A DNA stretch of 64,000 bases, taken from the IMG/VR virus record IMGVR_UViG_3300025849_002201; one strand, 5' to 3'. This stretch comes from a virus. Below are positions 43,242 to 53,092 of this stretch, piece by piece. Numbering within the stretch: position 1 is the first letter of the stretch; every line of letters begins with the position of its first letter. A program made the translations under genes and the position numbers. The notes below the pieces were generated by a model. The model saw only the letters and a program-made list of their open reading frames with translations, was not told the DNA's origin and did not search any database.

Positions 43242-43976
43242 TTATACATTCGTCCAAACATGAGCTAAGTAACCTTTTCCGTTAGTATCGCCGCCGTTGT
43301 TTTCAACTTCAACGCCATTGTACTCGATTGACGTTACAGTGTCTTCACCGTTCAAATATTCTGTTGTATAAACTTTAAGTTTCTTAGGATCAAACTCACC
43401 TACAGTTTCGAAGATACCTTCAAAGAAGCATCCTTTTTCGCTTGAGTATAACTGTGCAATAGCTTCGCAATCTGGCTCGTCGTCTGCACAACCCATTTCA
43501 GTTAGTTCAATCTCGTAGTTGTTAGCTTCCATAATATTGTCAAGATATTCTTGTAGTGGTTCGCGATCTACAACATCTTCATCGCCTACAATATCTGCAC
43601 CATACTCACTGCTTTCAACTTCAGTTACAGTGAGATATGCACTTCCCCATTCGACTCCCATTGAGTGTTCAAACTCTGTGTGCGATTCATACCAAGGACG
43701 CTTGTACATGTCATCGTCTGGATCGTTTAGAAACTGTGCTTCTACAGGAACTTCATCAAGTTCGTCGAAGTCGCAATCTTCTACATCGTCTGCAATCATA
43801 TATTCGACTAGATCGTTGTCGCCATGCTCTTCTGTATGTGCGCTCCAAAAGTCAAGTGCAGCTTTTGAAATACCCATGTATGCACTTTCACCACCGTAGC
43901 CACTTAGCATGATACGATAGTAGCGTGGACCTTTGAGTGTTTCTACTAGTTCTGTTTTTTCTTCAGTCGTTGCCAT
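43242..43976 (-). CDS. Hypothetical acidic protein
   Basis: Start trimmed to MATTEEK. Confidence 0.65.
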   Translation of the reverse strand: MATTEEKTELVETLKGPRYYRIMLSGYGGESAYMGISKAALDFWSAHTEEHGDNDLVEYMIADDVEDCDFDELDEVPVEAQFLNDPDDDMYKRPWYESHTEFEHSMGVEWGSAYLTVTEVESSEYGADIVGDEDVVDREPLQEYLDNIMEANNYEIELTEMGCADDEPDCEAIAQLYSSEKGCFFEGIFETVGEFDPKKLKVYTTEYLNGEDTVTSIEYNGVEVENNGGDTNGKGYLAHVWTNV

Positions 43977-43980
43977 TGTT

Positions 43981-44811
43981 TTATACCTTATATAGTTTGA
44001 CATAATTAAGACGTGTTTCGTCTGCACTAAACAGTTTGTTTTTAGTATGCGATTTTACTTTAGCTTTAATGCGCTTGCGACTACCTACAGTATGTTCATA
44101 TTTGTTCATAAAGCTAACAAGATTGCCATCTGTAGTAACACAGGTATAGTTGTAGCTTTCCCACTGACTGCTGTAACGCTTGTCAAGGACTTCAACTACA
44201 GTTTCTACTTTTTCGCCTACAGGTTCAATGTGCTTACTGTTACGGTACTCAACACGGATAGTTTTCTTTAGTCCGCTTTCGTGTTGATCGCGAGCAATAA
44301 ACTCTGGAGCATAAGCAACACGACCCATACCCATAACCTTGACTTCGTCTTGTGACAGCTCTTTGACCATATCTGCTTTGAAGCCGTCAAGCTCACCTAA
44401 GCCAAGCATAACATATCGACGCATCCACTTGAGTGCTTCTTGCACACTAGCATAGTCTTCTTCAGTAGGTTCAAACATTTCAAAGTCTGAAGGAAGATAC
44501 GGAGCGTCAGTAAGTTGTAGTTTCTTAGTCCAGTAGTAACGCACAAGACTCTTGTTATCAAACTGTGTCTTATTGTTACCTTCTGAAAAGCGACGAGTGT
44601 CTTTGGTGTAGGTATTATTGTTAATACGATATGCCGCATATGCAACAGCAAGTGCGTCTGTGAGTGCTACAGTCTTAGGAGGAAGTGGTTTGCGAGCAAT
44701 TGGAGTGTTATCTTCGTGTGCAAGCTCGTATGCAAGTTCCATGCGTTTGAACTCACGCTTGTCCATGCTGCCCCAATCAAGTGTGCTTGGATCTGGAAGT
44801 GTATTACCCAT
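43981..44811 (-). CDS. Hypothetical protein with C-terminal OB-like fold
   Basis: Promoter TTGACA-16-TATAAT at 44848-44875. Confidence 0.65.
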   Translation of the reverse strand: MGNTLPDPSTLDWGSMDKREFKRMELAYELAHEDNTPIARKPLPPKTVALTDALAVAYAAYRINNNTYTKDTRRFSEGNNKTQFDNKSLVRYYWTKKLQLTDAPYLPSDFEMFEPTEEDYASVQEALKWMRRYVMLGLGELDGFKADMVKELSQDEVKVMGMGRVAYAPEFIARDQHESGLKKTIRVEYRNSKHIEPVGEKVETVVEVLDKRYSSQWESYNYTCVTTDGNLVSFMNKYEHTVGSRKRIKAKVKSHTKNKLFSADETRLNYVKLYKV

Positions 44812-44857
44812 GCTGTGTGCCTCTGTGTTTGCCTATTTAATATAACTATTATAGCAT

Positions 44858-45976
44858 CTATACACTAGATGTCAAGAGAAAACTGTCCAAAAAGTTTCTA
44901 ACAGAATCTTCTGTCCACTTTACATTCTTATCAAATTTTGGAAGACGCCCAATTGCACTATTAAATCCGTATCCTTCTACTTCTTTCCATTTCTTACAAT
45001 GCTCTTTAAAACAATCAGTAAGTAAAAAACTCTTAATGTTTTCTGCTTGCTCATCCGTTGCTTCAGTACAAGCGTGATTGACATCAAAGTCAGTTGTAGT
45101 AACGGTAATAGCTTGTTCATTAAATGATTTTGTTACACTTACTACTAATTTCTGCTTATTATGAAATTTAGGAACTGGCTTATTATATTGTACTAATGTA
45201 ACAGTTTCTGCTAATTTATATACAGGATATTGAAATTCATCAGTTTGTGTTAGACTACGTCCGAAACGAGTGTCAACAGCATTGTATACGAACATTCGCT
45301 TACTAGGTTTATCTGCTGCCAATTTTAATGCATTATACAATGGCATAAAGTCTTTATCAACTACAGTGTAATCAACAATCATACTGTCGTTAGTTTGTGT
45401 GTACTCTGTATTGCCTTGCTTAACTGTTACAGGTCCGCTATACTCTTTGTCTACTACCCAAAAACAGGATTTAGTTTTTAAATGCTTGCTTGCTGAAAAA
45501 TCTACAGTCTTCAAGCCTGGCAATCCAATTACACTGAAGCGTTTACTTTTCTTAAGAACTGACGTAGGCGTTACTAATATTAGCTTACCTTTTTCGGTCA
45601 GCATGTCTAGGCTAGCTTTAGCAAATTCGTTGTATTGTTTATTATTGCCGCCAGCAAGTTTTTTAATAAAGTTCGGATTACTTACAATAACATCATAGCT
45701 GTTATTGATATGATCAGTAGCATACTGTCCAGCTAGTTTATTTTTATTAACAGCATAGTTGATACGCATCTGATTTGATTCACAACCAAACACACGTTCT
45801 GCTATGTTAGTATGCCCGTGTTCTGTTAGGCGCCGTTCAATTTCTTTTACCACTTGACCGCCACCAATAGACGGATCAAAGAATGTTGTAGTAGTATCTG
45901 TCCAAACTGACGCAGGCAAGCAATCTAGCATTGCTGTAACTAATTCGTCAATTTCAAATTTTAATCTAGCCAGCAT
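44858..45976 (-). CDS. DNA amino-methyltransferase (Eco57I/type IIG-like M domain)
   Basis: FFDPSIGGGQ motif I and VIVSNPNF motif IV. Confidence 0.75.
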   Translation of the reverse strand: MLARLKFEIDELVTAMLDCLPASVWTDTTTTFFDPSIGGGQVVKEIERRLTEHGHTNIAERVFGCESNQMRINYAVNKNKLAGQYATDHINNSYDVIVSNPNFIKKLAGGNNKQYNEFAKASLDMLTEKGKLILVTPTSVLKKSKRFSVIGLPGLKTVDFSASKHLKTKSCFWVVDKEYSGPVTVKQGNTEYTQTNDSMIVDYTVVDKDFMPLYNALKLAADKPSKRMFVYNAVDTRFGRSLTQTDEFQYPVYKLAETVTLVQYNKPVPKFHNKQKLVVSVTKSFNEQAITVTTTDFDVNHACTEATDEQAENIKSFLLTDCFKEHCKKWKEVEGYGFNSAIGRLPKFDKNVKWTEDSVRNFLDSFLLTSSV

Positions 45977-47228
45977 TGTCGTACATTACCTCTACCCAGT
46001 CTTGTTTAATAATATCTTGTTTAAACAAATAACTAATTGTTTCGGTCGATACTCCAAATTCTTCTTCAACGCACTCACGCATTGCATCGTCGTTTTCAAC
46101 AACTTCCATTGCGTCTTTTAAAATTTTATTACCTGTTCCTAAGATAATGATATCTAAGTTTTCGATAATAGTAGTAATTACTTCACGAGCTTTTGCAATT
46201 TCTTTTTCTACAGAATGATCCTTCTTTACTCCGGATTTTTTAGTAGTTGCGCTATCACGAGTCTTTCCAGCTTGTGTTTTATCTTGCTTGTCGTTACGAA
46301 AGTAATCACTGTTGCCGTTGGCTAGTGCAGTGATAGCACCAGCACTTAGTAAATTAATATTTACAATTTTACCCAGTACACGACTAATTCCTTTACGTGC
46401 AAGAGCATATTCTAAGTAAGAATCGATATCTACTTTGATGGCGCCGTTTGGTTGACAATTCCAAATATCAATTGTGCGTAAAACATCACGCATTGCTTCT
46501 TGCAAACTTTTACCTGCGTTGCGCTTTTTATAGTTAAGAGCAGTTTCTACAACCATTGCATCAAACTTGTCATCACGATTAGGATCAAAGCTCAGGCTAA
46601 AGATGCGTCCTACTTTGCCTTCTTTGCCTGGCGTAAGAGTACGACTCATTTTTTGTAGTGTAGCACCATTATCTCCACGATCGTAAGCAAGATACAATTC
46701 AGTAATTTCAGGAATACTAAAACTACGTTGTGCCATTTGAGCAGCAATAATTAGTACAGGCCTGCCATTCTCTACAAAGCTCTTAACAATGCCTTCGGCT
46801 TTACGATTGTTTACTTTAACGCCGTTGTGCTTGATAGTCCCGCATAGTACTACTACTTCAAAACCAGGCAACGTTTCTTGTGCAATATTTCCAATAATTT
46901 CTAATACATCATTACGTGTATTTGCAGGCATAAACATCATTGCTACGCGAGCGTGATCTCTGCTATAAATTTCAGCTTGCAAATCTACATTGAGCTCGTC
47001 ATGTCCGCCCTGGCCTAAGAACAAGCCTTGCAATGCACGAGTAAAGAATCCTTTTGACTTCAAAGGATTTGCTGCAAACTTTGCCCAACTAGGTAGTGTT
47101 TTAAAGTCTTCATCAACTTCTCCAGCAGCAATAGCACTATTAACAGGACCCATAAGATCCATTTGGTAACATGCAAAGTCTGGTGCAAGCAGATCTCGTT
47201 TTACGTTGACTTTAAAGTTTGCTAGCAT
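45966..47228 (-). CDS. C-terminal half of a split SF2 helicase/restriction subunit
   Basis: RSFSIPEI...LAYDRG...QKMSR.L.P resembles helicase motifs V and VI. Confidence 0.55.
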   Translation of the reverse strand: MLANFKVNVKRDLLAPDFACYQMDLMGPVNSAIAAGEVDEDFKTLPSWAKFAANPLKSKGFFTRALQGLFLGQGGHDELNVDLQAEIYSRDHARVAMMFMPANTRNDVLEIIGNIAQETLPGFEVVVLCGTIKHNGVKVNNRKAEGIVKSFVENGRPVLIIAAQMAQRSFSIPEITELYLAYDRGDNGATLQKMSRTLTPGKEGKVGRIFSLSFDPNRDDKFDAMVVETALNYKKRNAGKSLQEAMRDVLRTIDIWNCQPNGAIKVDIDSYLEYALARKGISRVLGKIVNINLLSAGAITALANGNSDYFRNDKQDKTQAGKTRDSATTKKSGVKKDHSVEKEIAKAREVITTIIENLDIIILGTGNKILKDAMEVVENDDAMRECVEEEFGVSTETISYLFKQDIIKQDWVEVMYDNAG

Positions 47229-48180
47229 TTTGCGTTGCCTTCTTTTGAATTAGCAGTTCTGGATATGTAACACTTACCATAGTATCAATTGGCCAATGTG
47301 TCGCTGCCCGTTCTGCATTAGTGCCCGTCATAATAATAGTATACACGGTTTCATCTAACTTGTCAATCAAAGGTTGCGCTTGTTTAATCTGATGTGCGCC
47401 AAAATCTGCTTCGTCTACAATAAGCATTTTACTATGCTCGTTATCAAACAAATAGTCAATACGCTCTTGTCGTTTGGTGCCGTTTGCTAGGCTTAGGTAT
47501 GCAAATACTTTTTTGTTGTTTGCAAGAGCGTGTTCGATCTTTTCTTTGTAGCCGTCGATGCCCATGTCTACATGTACATAATTTGCAAACTGTTGGAACT
47601 GTACAAGGTCTGTAGCAAAGCTAGTAAACACTGTTTTAACGTAGCTTGCAACTACAACAATATCTACGTTCATTTCTACGGCAACAGCACCACTCCAAAT
47701 AGTTTTACCAAAGCGGGCACATAGTTCTGCAAGAATACAGCGAGCACCGTTATTAAGTGCATCAACTACTTCTTCTGCTACTTCGTATTGCTTAGTGCTT
47801 AATCCTGCTTCAATTAATGGCTGACCTTGTTTAGCAAGAAATAAGTTAACACGCATATTGAGATCGTCAAATCCTAGTTTATGATACTCTTTACCTTGTG
47901 TACCAGGACTTCCGATAGCAGGACGTATAACGTCATCAATTTTACTTGCACCGTAAAACTTATCTTGAGATTTAGCAAACTCACTAATATCCCATACCTT
48001 TTTAAGTACAGCATCACTATCAAAGTGCCGAGCACGACGAGGGTACTGTGTTCGCATGTACTTGATAGTGTCTTCGACTGCTTCTTCGTATGTACAGTCT
48101 TTGCTTACAAAGTGATCGCCAAACTTTGACTCTTGCAAATTACTTGCAGTATCAAAGTGATTGTATACCATCATTCTCAT
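47212..48180 (-). CDS. N-terminal half of an SF2 helicase (ResIII-like)
   Basis: Walker A LCARFGKT, DEAD box IVDEADFGAH, MTGT. Confidence 0.75.
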   Translation of the reverse strand: MRMMVYNHFDTASNLQESKFGDHFVSKDCTYEEAVEDTIKYMRTQYPRRARHFDSDAVLKKVWDISEFAKSQDKFYGASKIDDVIRPAIGSPGTQGKEYHKLGFDDLNMRVNLFLAKQGQPLIEAGLSTKQYEVAEEVVDALNNGARCILAELCARFGKTIWSGAVAVEMNVDIVVVASYVKTVFTSFATDLVQFQQFANYVHVDMGIDGYKEKIEHALANNKKVFAYLSLANGTKRQERIDYLFDNEHSKMLIVDEADFGAHQIKQAQPLIDKLDETVYTIIMTGTNAERAATHWPIDTMVSVTYPELLIQKKATQNASKL

Positions 48181-48728
48181 TCGAAAAACTCATTAAATGT
48201 AGCTGTTGTTTTTGCTTTAACTGTTTGCCCAAGGCACATATCTTCAAATGAGTTACATTCGTGATCCCATGGATTGTATTCTTTTCTGTTTGAGCGTCGA
48301 GGAGTTCCGTCCATTGCAAACGGAATTTCAATATTTGATGTGCGTGGAATATGTGCGTATTCGCTATACGGAATTCTAAACCAATATGTTACTTCACGTT
48401 TGCGCTCGTATACTTGTACTAGCAAGTCGCCGGTCTTGTTGTAGATACCAGTAACTGGCGCAGAATATACTGTGCCATACGTACAAGTCCTTACAGTTGA
48501 TAGTTTAGCATCACTGCCACAACTTAAATCAGCGTGGTCTTTACTAATAACTTCAGTTCCGGAGTAATTGGCAATAGCAATTTCAAATGCAGTACTAACT
48601 TCAATAATTCCTGTTTGAAGTAGTGTGTCTAATGTAGCTTGATCTAAACTATCAACATTAGGAAGGTAATCTTTGAATTGATTAAAATGTGCAATTTCGA
48701 GTTCTAGGTTTTCAAGTTTATTAGCCAT
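48177..48728 (-). CDS. Putative PD-(D/E)xK endonuclease
   Basis: DL..GSDAK catalytic-like motif. First gene of the RM-like operon. Confidence 0.45.
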   Translation of the reverse strand: MANKLENLELEIAHFNQFKDYLPNVDSLDQATLDTLLQTGIIEVSTAFEIAIANYSGTEVISKDHADLSCGSDAKLSTVRTCTYGTVYSAPVTGIYNKTGDLLVQVYERKREVTYWFRIPYSEYAHIPRTSNIEIPFAMDGTPRRSNRKEYNPWDHECNSFEDMCLGQTVKAKTTATFNEFFE

Positions 48729-48790
48729 GTTAAATGCCTTTATGTTTGTGCCTATACAACTATAATAACATCAGTTACGCAGTTGTCAAT

Positions 48791-49234
48791 CTAAATCTGT
48801 GTCCAGGCCGCAGTGTGTCCATGTTTTTCAGCCCAACGGACAAATAGTCCCACTTCACGTCCGTGTGCTTCAATCTCCCATGGTAGATCCCAGTAGCTGG
48901 TTTTTTTAGGATTGTATGTTTTACCACACCATGTATCGTGTACTGGGTGCAGTTCACGTCTAGCATACTGTTTTACATGTACCATTTCGTGTGCAACAGT
49001 TTCTAACAGTTTACGCAACTTCAATGAACGATCGACCTCGATTTCAAATGTTCGATTGTTGTCAGTTTCCAAACAATACCCCATTGCACCTTGAGGAGCG
49101 CACAGCTTTACACTAATGTCAAGTGTACTCATACGAGGCATTAGAGTCTCAATACAGAACTCTACCATACTCTCTACATAAGCACGTTGATTGGGCTTGC
49201 CGCCTTTAATCGTTAGATTCGTCATCTCTTTCAC
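48791..49234 (-). CDS. Zn metallopeptidase-like protein (HExxH)
   Basis: TVAHEMVH..QY...PWEIEAH. Confidence 0.75.
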   Translation of the reverse strand: MKEMTNLTIKGGKPNQRAYVESMVEFCIETLMPRMSTLDISVKLCAPQGAMGYCLETDNNRTFEIEVDRSLKLRKLLETVAHEMVHVKQYARRELHPVHDTWCGKTYNPKKTSYWDLPWEIEAHGREVGLFVRWAEKHGHTAAWTQI

Positions 49235-49418
49235 CTACCTTAATGATTGTTAAAGTTTGTGTTTCTTCGTTAGTTGTAAATCTCAACAAGTCGCCTTCGT
49301 TCCACCCATTTTCTTCTAAGACTTCTGGAGGGAATGTAAGCAGTAGTTCGCCCGGACGATCTGGATCATCAGAAAACAGATCTTCATACTTATATGTGCG
49401 TTGTGTTGCTTCAGTCAT
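49206..49418 (-). CDS. AbrB/MazE-like small protein
   Basis: LLLTFPPEVL...GW.EGD.L. Promoter TTGACA-17-TATAAT at 49445-49473. Confidence 0.55.
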   Translation of the reverse strand: MTEATQRTYKYEDLFSDDPDRPGELLLTFPPEVLEENGWNEGDLLRFTTNEETQTLTIIKVGERDDESND

Positions 49419-49487
49419 ATGTATAACTCCTTACGTATGCATATATTATAGCAGTAAGTAACACATGTGTCAAGTACTAAATACTAT

Positions 49488-49922
49488 ATGAAGGATGCTT
49501 ATTTGTCCGCTTTTTATGACGTTGTAAAAGATACTCAAAAAACAACAGGTTTTGAGTTACCCGAGCATTTGGAGGCATACGTAGTAATGCTATTAGCGTC
49601 CTTTACAGATCGAACTCACTTCTTACCTGAAGATTCATTTGCTGAAACTTATATACGATTAATTAATTTAAAGTCTCCAAATATTAAAGAATTAGGAGAT
49701 ACTTGCCTATTTGTTTCAGGTGTATTTCCAAAATACAAAACTAGATACGGTTTAAATGTAGAATACTTTAGCAGTATTGGATCTAATAGTTATTTGCAAG
49801 TAGCAGAAACAATGAACGCAGATTTGTTTATAGACCTTAGTAATAGATTTAATTACGTAAGAGAGTTTATTAGTATTACAGTTAATTCTACCAATAATAC
49901 TGGGTTAACTGACTGGATATAA
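49488..49922 (+). CDS. Hypothetical protein
   Basis: TAAATA motif immediately upstream. Start trimmed to MKDAYL. Confidence 0.65.
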   Translation: MKDAYLSAFYDVVKDTQKTTGFELPEHLEAYVVMLLASFTDRTHFLPEDSFAETYIRLINLKSPNIKELGDTCLFVSGVFPKYKTRYGLNVEYFSSIGSNSYLQVAETMNADLFIDLSNRFNYVREFISITVNSTNNTGLTDWI

Positions 49923-50658
49923 ATTTTGCAACTTTAGTAGTAACTCTATTACGGGTAAATTTATATCGAAACTTCCACCAATAATAATTGAATTCATTAG
50001 TGGCATTCATTGTACATCCTACACACATAATAACCGGACTAAAACTTTGATAATTTCTACTAAACATTATATTCCAAAACTTTGTTAGCTGTGCCTTTGT
50101 GTATCGTTTGTCTGTAAAGTCTTGTTGTGTCTTTGTAGTTGTGTCTTCTTGATCCCACTGCATGCGCATCCAATTACCATCGTCGTGTTCTAGTGGTTCG
50201 TCTATTGGATTAACACAATCGTAGTGCCAAGTAACAGGAAGGTGCGACATTGCTTTTACAAATTTATCTCTTTCCTCGTCATTAACAAATACAACGCCAA
50301 CATATCTATGTGGACTATTATCGTGTCCTTGACAGCTAGTAAAAGTAAGATACCCTTTATCCCATAAAGCACGAACAACTGGTTCAATGCCCGGCTCTAC
50401 ATTCATTCCGCTCCAAAACTTTTCTGCATAAGGACTTACATAGTGACTTATGTAGTTGCCGTCTTTGTCTACTTTAGTATATGTTCTTCCGTCGTTAGAT
50501 AGTTTTGTATTATAGTTACGATATAGACTATATTGATGTACTTCTTCATTAGATGCAAATGTTGGTCCACCATTATGTCCTACAACAATTTCTTGCTGAA
50601 TAGGTTTAAGCTCTCCTGCTATTACATATGCTGCTGGATCTATAATATTACGTGACAT
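49888..50658 (-). CDS. Hypothetical protein
   Basis: 256-aa ORF. Confidence 0.6.
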   Translation of the reverse strand: MSRNIIDPAAYVIAGELKPIQQEIVVGHNGGPTFASNEEVHQYSLYRNYNTKLSNDGRTYTKVDKDGNYISHYVSPYAEKFWSGMNVEPGIEPVVRALWDKGYLTFTSCQGHDNSPHRYVGVVFVNDEERDKFVKAMSHLPVTWHYDCVNPIDEPLEHDDGNWMRMQWDQEDTTTKTQQDFTDKRYTKAQLTKFWNIMFSRNYQSFSPVIMCVGCTMNATNEFNYYWWKFRYKFTRNRVTTKVAKFISSQLTQYYW

Positions 50659-51728
50659 TTTAATTTATCATATAGTGAATCATAAGGCAATGTTTTAAAA
50701 AGATTGTAGTTGTGTTGTATTATGTTAACATTGTCATTGTATAAAGTATTTACTTGCTCAATCGTTAACCGTTGTATCTTTTGAATTTCGTGTACGAATC
50801 CTTCGTACCTTGCTTGGTCGTTTGTGTAGTTGCAATAACTATAATCAATAAATTCAGGAAACAAAAATCCTCTACGCTTTAGTTCGTCGATTATACCCGG
50901 TGCTGCATAAGGTAATATAAAGTTTCCCTTTATCATCGGCTCCCAAGTCTTTTCTGTGATAGACTTAACTATGTTATCCTGATGCATTGCTACACTTTCA
51001 ACATATACGCTCACAAAACTTTCATTGTAGTATTTGTCAGCAATAGGCGCATACACACCTCCATTAGCTAGTTGGCTACTGTAATGGCTTTCCCAATGAT
51101 TTGTTTTGAAAATAACACCAGTGTCTGGATTAGACACAAGTACATTATTCCATTTTTTAGAAACGAATAAGTCGTGTAGTCGTTTTCTTATTTCAAGTCG
51201 TTGTATTGTTTCCATACTGCCATAGTATGCTCTATTTGGACATAGTATATTATATTTGATATTTTTATCTATGCCTTCTAAGAAAAAGATATCTTTCTTA
51301 AATCGTCTAATCCAAGGTGACTTTCTAACTCGACTGGGTATTATTTTTCCAAATCCGTGCAGTCCTTTAGATCTATTGAACAGCATGTCATAAAATATTG
51401 CGCCAACAAAGGGAGTATTATATGCTGTGCTTAACACAGTAACATTTTGATATCTTTCAACGTAACTGTGTTGAAACCTACGTTTGTCGTTGTCTTCGTG
51501 GTCGTGAAACAACGCTAGAACTACAACTGGTGTATTGTCTTTAAATTTCTTAATAAAATAATCGTGCTGTGCATCAGCTTCGTGTCCGTAAAGATGAAGA
51601 AGCGGAACAAAGTCCGCTTCTTCTACATTAGATGTAAAATCAATCTTTTCATCAAAAGCAAACGGCATAACATGTGTTATGCTGTCGTTCAACAAAGGAG
51701 ACGTTTTATTATCTATATATGCTTGCAT
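50640..51728 (-). CDS. Glycosyltransferase-like hypothetical protein
   Basis: SFVSVYVES...ITEKTWEP...F..P..F..FIDYSY motif typical of phage GT-B-like proteins. Confidence 0.5.
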   Translation of the reverse strand: MQAYIDNKTSPLLNDSITHVMPFAFDEKIDFTSNVEEADFVPLLHLYGHEADAQHDYFIKKFKDNTPVVVLALFHDHEDNDKRRFQHSYVERYQNVTVLSTAYNTPFVGAIFYDMLFNRSKGLHGFGKIIPSRVRKSPWIRRFKKDIFFLEGIDKNIKYNILCPNRAYYGSMETIQRLEIRKRLHDLFVSKKWNNVLVSNPDTGVIFKTNHWESHYSSQLANGGVYAPIADKYYNESFVSVYVESVAMHQDNIVKSITEKTWEPMIKGNFILPYAAPGIIDELKRRGFLFPEFIDYSYCNYTNDQARYEGFVHEIQKIQRLTIEQVNTLYNDNVNIIQHNYNLFKTLPYDSLYDKLKCHVIL

Positions 51729-52258
51729 TACCTTTTTAGGTATTCCAAACAGTTCTCTGGAGTTGACTGCTCGTATGGGTCTTCATCTTCGCCGTCATTG
51801 TTGATGCCGGGCTCTTGCCACCAGCGCTCTACAACTCCGTCGTTGATGATAGCCATATAACGCCAGCTACGCAATCCAAAGCCTAAATGATTTTTACCAA
51901 TAAGCATGCCCATAAAGCGAGTAAAGTTGCCAGAGCCATCTGGAATGACCTTTACGTTTTTAATCTCTTGTTGTTTTGCCCAAGCGTTCATAACAAACGC
52001 ATCGTTAACGCTCATGCAATATACTTCATCGATGTCCATGTTACGAATATTATCGTAATTTTCTTCAAAGCCAGGTAGCTGATATGTTGAGCAAGTAGGT
52101 GTAAATGCACCCGGTAAGCTAAACAATACAACACGCTTGCCTTTAAAGTAATCGTCTGTAGTCATGTCTTGCCAGCGATACGGATTAGGTCCGCCAATAC
52201 TTTCATCTCGAACTCGTGTTTTAAATGTCACTTTTGGGATTTTAAATCCTTCAATCAT
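51728..52258 (-). CDS. Peroxiredoxin (Prx5-like redoxin)
   Basis: FSLPGAFTPTCS, SVND.FVM.AW, RSWRY. Confidence 0.92.
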   Translation of the reverse strand: MIEGFKIPKVTFKTRVRDESIGGPNPYRWQDMTTDDYFKGKRVVLFSLPGAFTPTCSTYQLPGFEENYDNIRNMDIDEVYCMSVNDAFVMNAWAKQQEIKNVKVIPDGSGNFTRFMGMLIGKNHLGFGLRSWRYMAIINDGVVERWWQEPGINNDGEDEDPYEQSTPENCLEYLKR

Positions 52259-52382
52259 AAATGTGTATCTCCTAAAGTTATGTGATCACTATATATAATA
52301 ACAGATATATTTACATGTGTCAACCAGTTTTATACTATGTTTGTAGCTAAATAATACTATAGCAAAGCGTGAGGGCGTTTTT

Positions 52383-52661
52383 ATGGACTTTCTAACATTG
52401 GCAAGCGAAGTAGGCTTTCCTATTGCAGGAGCATTAGCTGCCGGCTACTTTGTTTTCCTAACACTCAAATTTATTCTAGGCGGAGTGGAAGACAGTGTAA
52501 AAACACTCAACGGTATTATTGGCTCGCTGGATAACCGTGTACAAATTATGAACAACGACCTAGTTAAGATAGATGCACTGCTAAGTTATGCACTTGGAGT
52601 TAAACCCAATATTGACAGAATAGCTGCCAATGAAGGCAAAAACGATGCGAGGAGAGATTAA
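52383..52661 (+). CDS. Small membrane protein (holin/YvrJ-like)
   Basis: GFP-TM-coiled coil. Paralog of the next gene. Confidence 0.65.
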   Translation: MDFLTLASEVGFPIAGALAAGYFVFLTLKFILGGVEDSVKTLNGIIGSLDNRVQIMNNDLVKIDALLSYALGVKPNIDRIAANEGKNDARRD

Positions 52662-53002
52662 TGGAAATTGATATTGCTGGCGCAATCAAAGACTTTGGCT
52701 TTCCTGTTATTGCTGCGTTTGGCATGGGATACTTTATCTTCTTCATATGGAAGTGGGTAACAGAAACTATTGATCCAGTTATTGGACAAAGCATGGGTAC
52801 ACTAATACGTCTTGTTGACCGTGTGCGTATGTTAGACAACGACATGATACGTTTGAACAGCAAACTTAGTATGGTGTTAGAGCATAGAGCCAGTCTTAGT
52901 CCAGAACAAAAAGAATTCTTAGATGAAGCTATAGTAAAGTATCAAAGTCGCAGCGAAACGTTCAATAGTACCGGCAAGCCCGACGAACCAAAAAAAAAGT
53001 AG
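52661..53002 (+). CDS. Small membrane protein (holin/YvrJ-like), ending at an A-AAA-AAG slippery site
   Basis: GFP-TM-coiled coil. The -1 frame is open to 53106. Confidence 0.65.
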   Translation: MEIDIAGAIKDFGFPVIAAFGMGYFIFFIWKWVTETIDPVIGQSMGTLIRLVDRVRMLDNDMIRLNSKLSMVLEHRASLSPEQKEFLDEAIVKYQSRSETFNSTGKPDEPKKK

Positions 53003-53092
53003 AACCGGTTAAAACTAAAGCAAGTAAAGGTGGTCCGCCGTGGCTACTTTTATTAGTTGTATACGGCGGCACCACTGGATTATTGTTATTGC

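Noticed and set aside
48759-48789. Sigma70 promoter for the RM-like island
   Set aside because: TTGACA is present, but the best -10 (TATAGT) is at 19-nt spacing, too weak to call.
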